This document shows, piece by piece, positions 61,167-64,000 of a stretch of 64,000 nt of DNA. The position numbers were made by a program, and so were the translations under genes. The DNA comes from Candidatus Poribacteria bacterium (GTDB lineage Bacteria; Poribacteria; WGA-4E; WGA-3G), in contig CBDANF010000002.1 in NCBI GenBank assembly GCA_965197475.1, forward strand, positions 224,001-288,000, given 5' to 3'. The stretch's first letter is position 1, and every line of letters starts with the position of its first letter. The notes beneath the pieces are model-generated. The model searched no databases, was not told where the DNA came from, and saw only the letters and a list, made by a program, of their open reading frames with translations.

Positions 61167-62813
61167 ATGAAAAATAAAAAAACTAAACGTATCCAGCGGC
61201 ATGCTGAAAATAGCAGAGGCTCAATAGTCCTCTTGAGAGGTAGTGGTTTCTTCAAGCATGGCAGAGGTAGTGGTTTCTTCGTAGCGCGTAACAAAATTGC
61301 AACAAACATTCATGTTATCGCAGGTGAAAAATCAGTTTCCGTAAAACTTGTCGCTACGGGAACCACGTTCCCTATTGAAGGAATAGTGGCATTTGATGAC
61401 AAAAACGATCTGGTTCTTCTGAAGGTTAAAGGTGAAGGTATTCCCCTTCCGATTGGCAACAGTGACGCGATTCAACGTGGAGATGCCGTTTGCATTGTGG
61501 GATATCCTGGCGGTGAGAAATGTGAGATTTCACAAGGAAAAATCCTTGGTCCTAGTAGAGCAGGCAAAGAGCTTCATATAAAAGCCTCCTTATCGCACGG
61601 GAACAGTGGTGCACCCGTACTAAACAGCAAAGGGAAAGTTGTAGGTGTCGCTGATTCTATTGGGGACTCATCTTTTAGTAGTGAAACTCCTAATAAGTCA
61701 GAAACAAGTCACGCTATTCCTTCAAACTTACTAAAATCTTTGTCTGTGAACGAGGGAAAAGTGGAACCTTGGGTAAAATGGCAGAAGAGACCACGGATAC
61801 GCGCCTATGTCAAGTATTTTGAAGGGCTTGTTAAACTGGAAAAGGGTAGAAATAAAGCTGCAATAGCACGTTATAACGCTTCACTCAAGCTTAATCCCGA
61901 TTTAGCGGATGCCTATGTCAATCGAGGGGTTGCAAAGCAGTTCCTTGAGCAATACAATGAGGCAATAATTGATTTTGATGTCGCTATCAGACTCAATCCG
62001 GATTCCAAAGATGCCTACACCAATCGTGGGAGTGCAAAACAGAGTTTAAAGCAATACAAAGATGCGGTTGCCGACTACGATGCCGCCATTATACTCAATC
62101 CGAGTTCCGCAATTACTTACCACAATCGTGGGTTAGCAAGGCAGATGTCGGGACAACACAAAAGAGCGATTGCCGACTACAATGCGGCTATAAAGCTTAA
62201 TCCGGCGAGTGCTCATACTTATGCCGTTCGGGGTTATGTGAAATCTATACTTGGTGACTATAAAGAGGCAATTGAAGATATTAATAAGGCTATTCACTAC
62301 GGTCTGAAGGCTAAGGAGGTCTACTACTGCCGCGGAGTTGCGAAACATCATCTTGGCAAATCTAAAGTCGATCAGGGATATCTTACGGATGCACAAGATC
62401 ACTATCAAGCAGCGATAGCCGACCACACCAAAGCTATCGGGCGAGACAAAAAGTTTGGTCTAGCTTACAACGGAAGGGGATGGGCGAAGTATCTCCTCGG
62501 TCAAACTGAAATTGAAAAAGGCAATATAGAAAACGTCCAAACGCTGTTTCAAGGAGCGATAAGCGACAGCAATAAACACATCCAGTTAAAACTAGATTCT
62601 TATGCCTCCTATCACACTCGTGGCGCGGCAAAAGCTGCTCTTGGAAAATACGATGTGGCGATTGAAGATTTCAACAAAGCCATCCAGTTAAATCCGAGAA
62701 GTGCGATAGCATACTATGATCGTGGACTTGCAAAAGAAGCTGTTGGGCAACAGGAAGAGGCAAGAACGGATATTCAAAAGGCGAAGGAATTGGATTCGGA
62801 GGTGGGAAAGTAA
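61167..62813 (+). CDS. Trypsin-like serine protease with C-terminal TPR repeats
   Basis: GSGFF...TNIHV, DLVLLK, GNSGAP catalytic triad motifs; repeated 'AY.NRG.AK...Y..AI.D...AI.LNP'. Confidence 0.9.
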   Translation: MKNKKTKRIQRHAENSRGSIVLLRGSGFFKHGRGSGFFVARNKIATNIHVIAGEKSVSVKLVATGTTFPIEGIVAFDDKNDLVLLKVKGEGIPLPIGNSDAIQRGDAVCIVGYPGGEKCEISQGKILGPSRAGKELHIKASLSHGNSGAPVLNSKGKVVGVADSIGDSSFSSETPNKSETSHAIPSNLLKSLSVNEGKVEPWVKWQKRPRIRAYVKYFEGLVKLEKGRNKAAIARYNASLKLNPDLADAYVNRGVAKQFLEQYNEAIIDFDVAIRLNPDSKDAYTNRGSAKQSLKQYKDAVADYDAAIILNPSSAITYHNRGLARQMSGQHKRAIADYNAAIKLNPASAHTYAVRGYVKSILGDYKEAIEDINKAIHYGLKAKEVYYCRGVAKHHLGKSKVDQGYLTDAQDHYQAAIADHTKAIGRDKKFGLAYNGRGWAKYLLGQTEIEKGNIENVQTLFQGAISDSNKHIQLKLDSYASYHTRGAAKAALGKYDVAIEDFNKAIQLNPRSAIAYYDRGLAKEAVGQQEEARTDIQKAKELDSEVGK

Positions 62814-62888
62814 GTATTGAAACCAAATGTCTCTAAATGGATACCAGCTTCTCCCAACGGTTTAGGACAAAATTGACGAGGATATAAC

Positions 62889-64000
62889 ATGGAAGGCCAA
62901 ACAATCATAACAACACAAGATGTTGATGAACTGTTTATCTCTACTGTTGTTCGTTTGATTCAACGGCGTGCCTTCCCGAACCTACGCAATATCATCGCTA
63001 AAACGCATTCGGTAGACATCGCAAGGTGGTTTCCGCGCCTCCGTCCCGAAGCAAAAAGTAGCCTCTTTACCCTTTTAATTGAAGAAAAACGGATGGGTGA
63101 GGTGCTGTGCGATCTGAACAACACGGATATAAGTGAGTTTGTTGAGGAAACAGAACCATCAACCGTTGCGAGTGTCTTACATACGATGCCTGCGGATGAT
63201 GTGACGCGAATTCTCTCTGAATTGCCCGAGGAAAAGAAGGCAGAACTTCTGGATCTCATTGAGGGAGCCACCTCTGCTGATGTTGAGCGTCTCCTGGAAT
63301 ACGAGGAAAAAACCGCGGGGCTATCATGTCACCGAATTACTTCGCCCTGCTTCAAGAGACAACCGCCGCTGAAGCCACCGAGATGATTCGGGAACTCACT
63401 GAAGTAGAAATGCCACCGATCACTTTCTACGTCTACGTCGTTGACGAAGAGAACGAACTAAAAGGCGTTTTATCGTTAAGGCAGTTGGTGCAAACAAAGC
63501 CAGAAACGCCTCTCAAAAATTTGATGACACCGCACTTATATACCGTTCATACCGACATGTCACAGGAAACGGTAGCACGTGCAGTTGCACGATACAATTT
63601 ACTTGCTATTCCTGTCATCAATAGCATCGGGCAGCTGGTAGGTGTTGTTACAATCGACGATGTTGTTGATGTGATTCGCGAGGAGAATACTGAAGACATG
63701 CTAAAGATGGCGGGTACTGGTGATCTGGATATTACCTCGCGTTCAATCTTTAGGAATACCCGCGCACGCTTGCCGTGGCTGCTCGCAAGTTTTGGTGGAG
63801 GTTTACTTGCTGTCTATATCATAGGTATTTTTGAGACGCAGTTGAAAGAAATTGCTGCCTTAGCAGCTTTTATCCCAATAATCATGGGAATGGGAGGAAA
63901 TATAGGAACGCAATCCTCTACTATTATCGTTCGGAGTATCGCTATAGGGGAGGTCGACATCAAAGACACATGGCGGGTGTTGTGGCGTGAATTTAGCACT
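62889..64000 (+). pseudogene. mgtE: Magnesium transporter MgtE, frameshifted near 63317-63320 and running off the window
   Basis: MgtE N-domain; 'TAG|AIM' junction lacks one G in a G-run; the other frame continues with 'YVYVVDE', 'TIDDVVDV', 'RLPWL', 'GMGGNIGTQS'. Confidence 0.85.

Noticed and set aside
1-64000. tRNA, rRNA, prophage or integrase genes
   Set aside because: None were recognised by eye; a tRNAscan-SE/Infernal run would be needed to exclude small RNAs.

Overview
Bacterial chromosomal window. The protein repertoire points, by inference, to Candidatus Poribacteria or a similar sponge symbiont: LamG, TolB/PD40, WD40 and trypsin-TPR proteins, several ending in a shared '[SP][VI]xPxxKxxxxW[GE]x[LI]K' motif. 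Housekeeping genes (leuC, leuD, leuS, rnj, aroC, mgtE, phoX) are mixed with accessory DNA. Highlights: (1) a bacterial Selenoprotein-N-like gene hidden as three in-frame ORFs (21814->20225), with an 'SC-UGA-GSG' motif and a SECIS-like hairpin; (2) a 12-kb co-oriented cluster of a 2423-aa LysM/degenerate-M28/FtsX fusion, an OPT-like transporter, a PqqD/RRE-like protein and an ABC ATPase, with no known function; (3) a tandem STAND-ATPase pair (Sm-like/TPR sensor plus HEPN effector), probably anti-phage; (4) an IS hotspot (IS630, IS3, IS1595, IS1) in which one AT-rich metalloprotease-NPCBM gene can be rebuilt exactly by removing two IS elements; (5) a passenger-carrying IS1595 that decapitates a DNA methyltransferase; (6) REP-like palindromes, one of them inside the LeuS reading frame; (7) several nonsense or frameshift lesions. 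All family calls come from motif recognition by eye; no database search was run.
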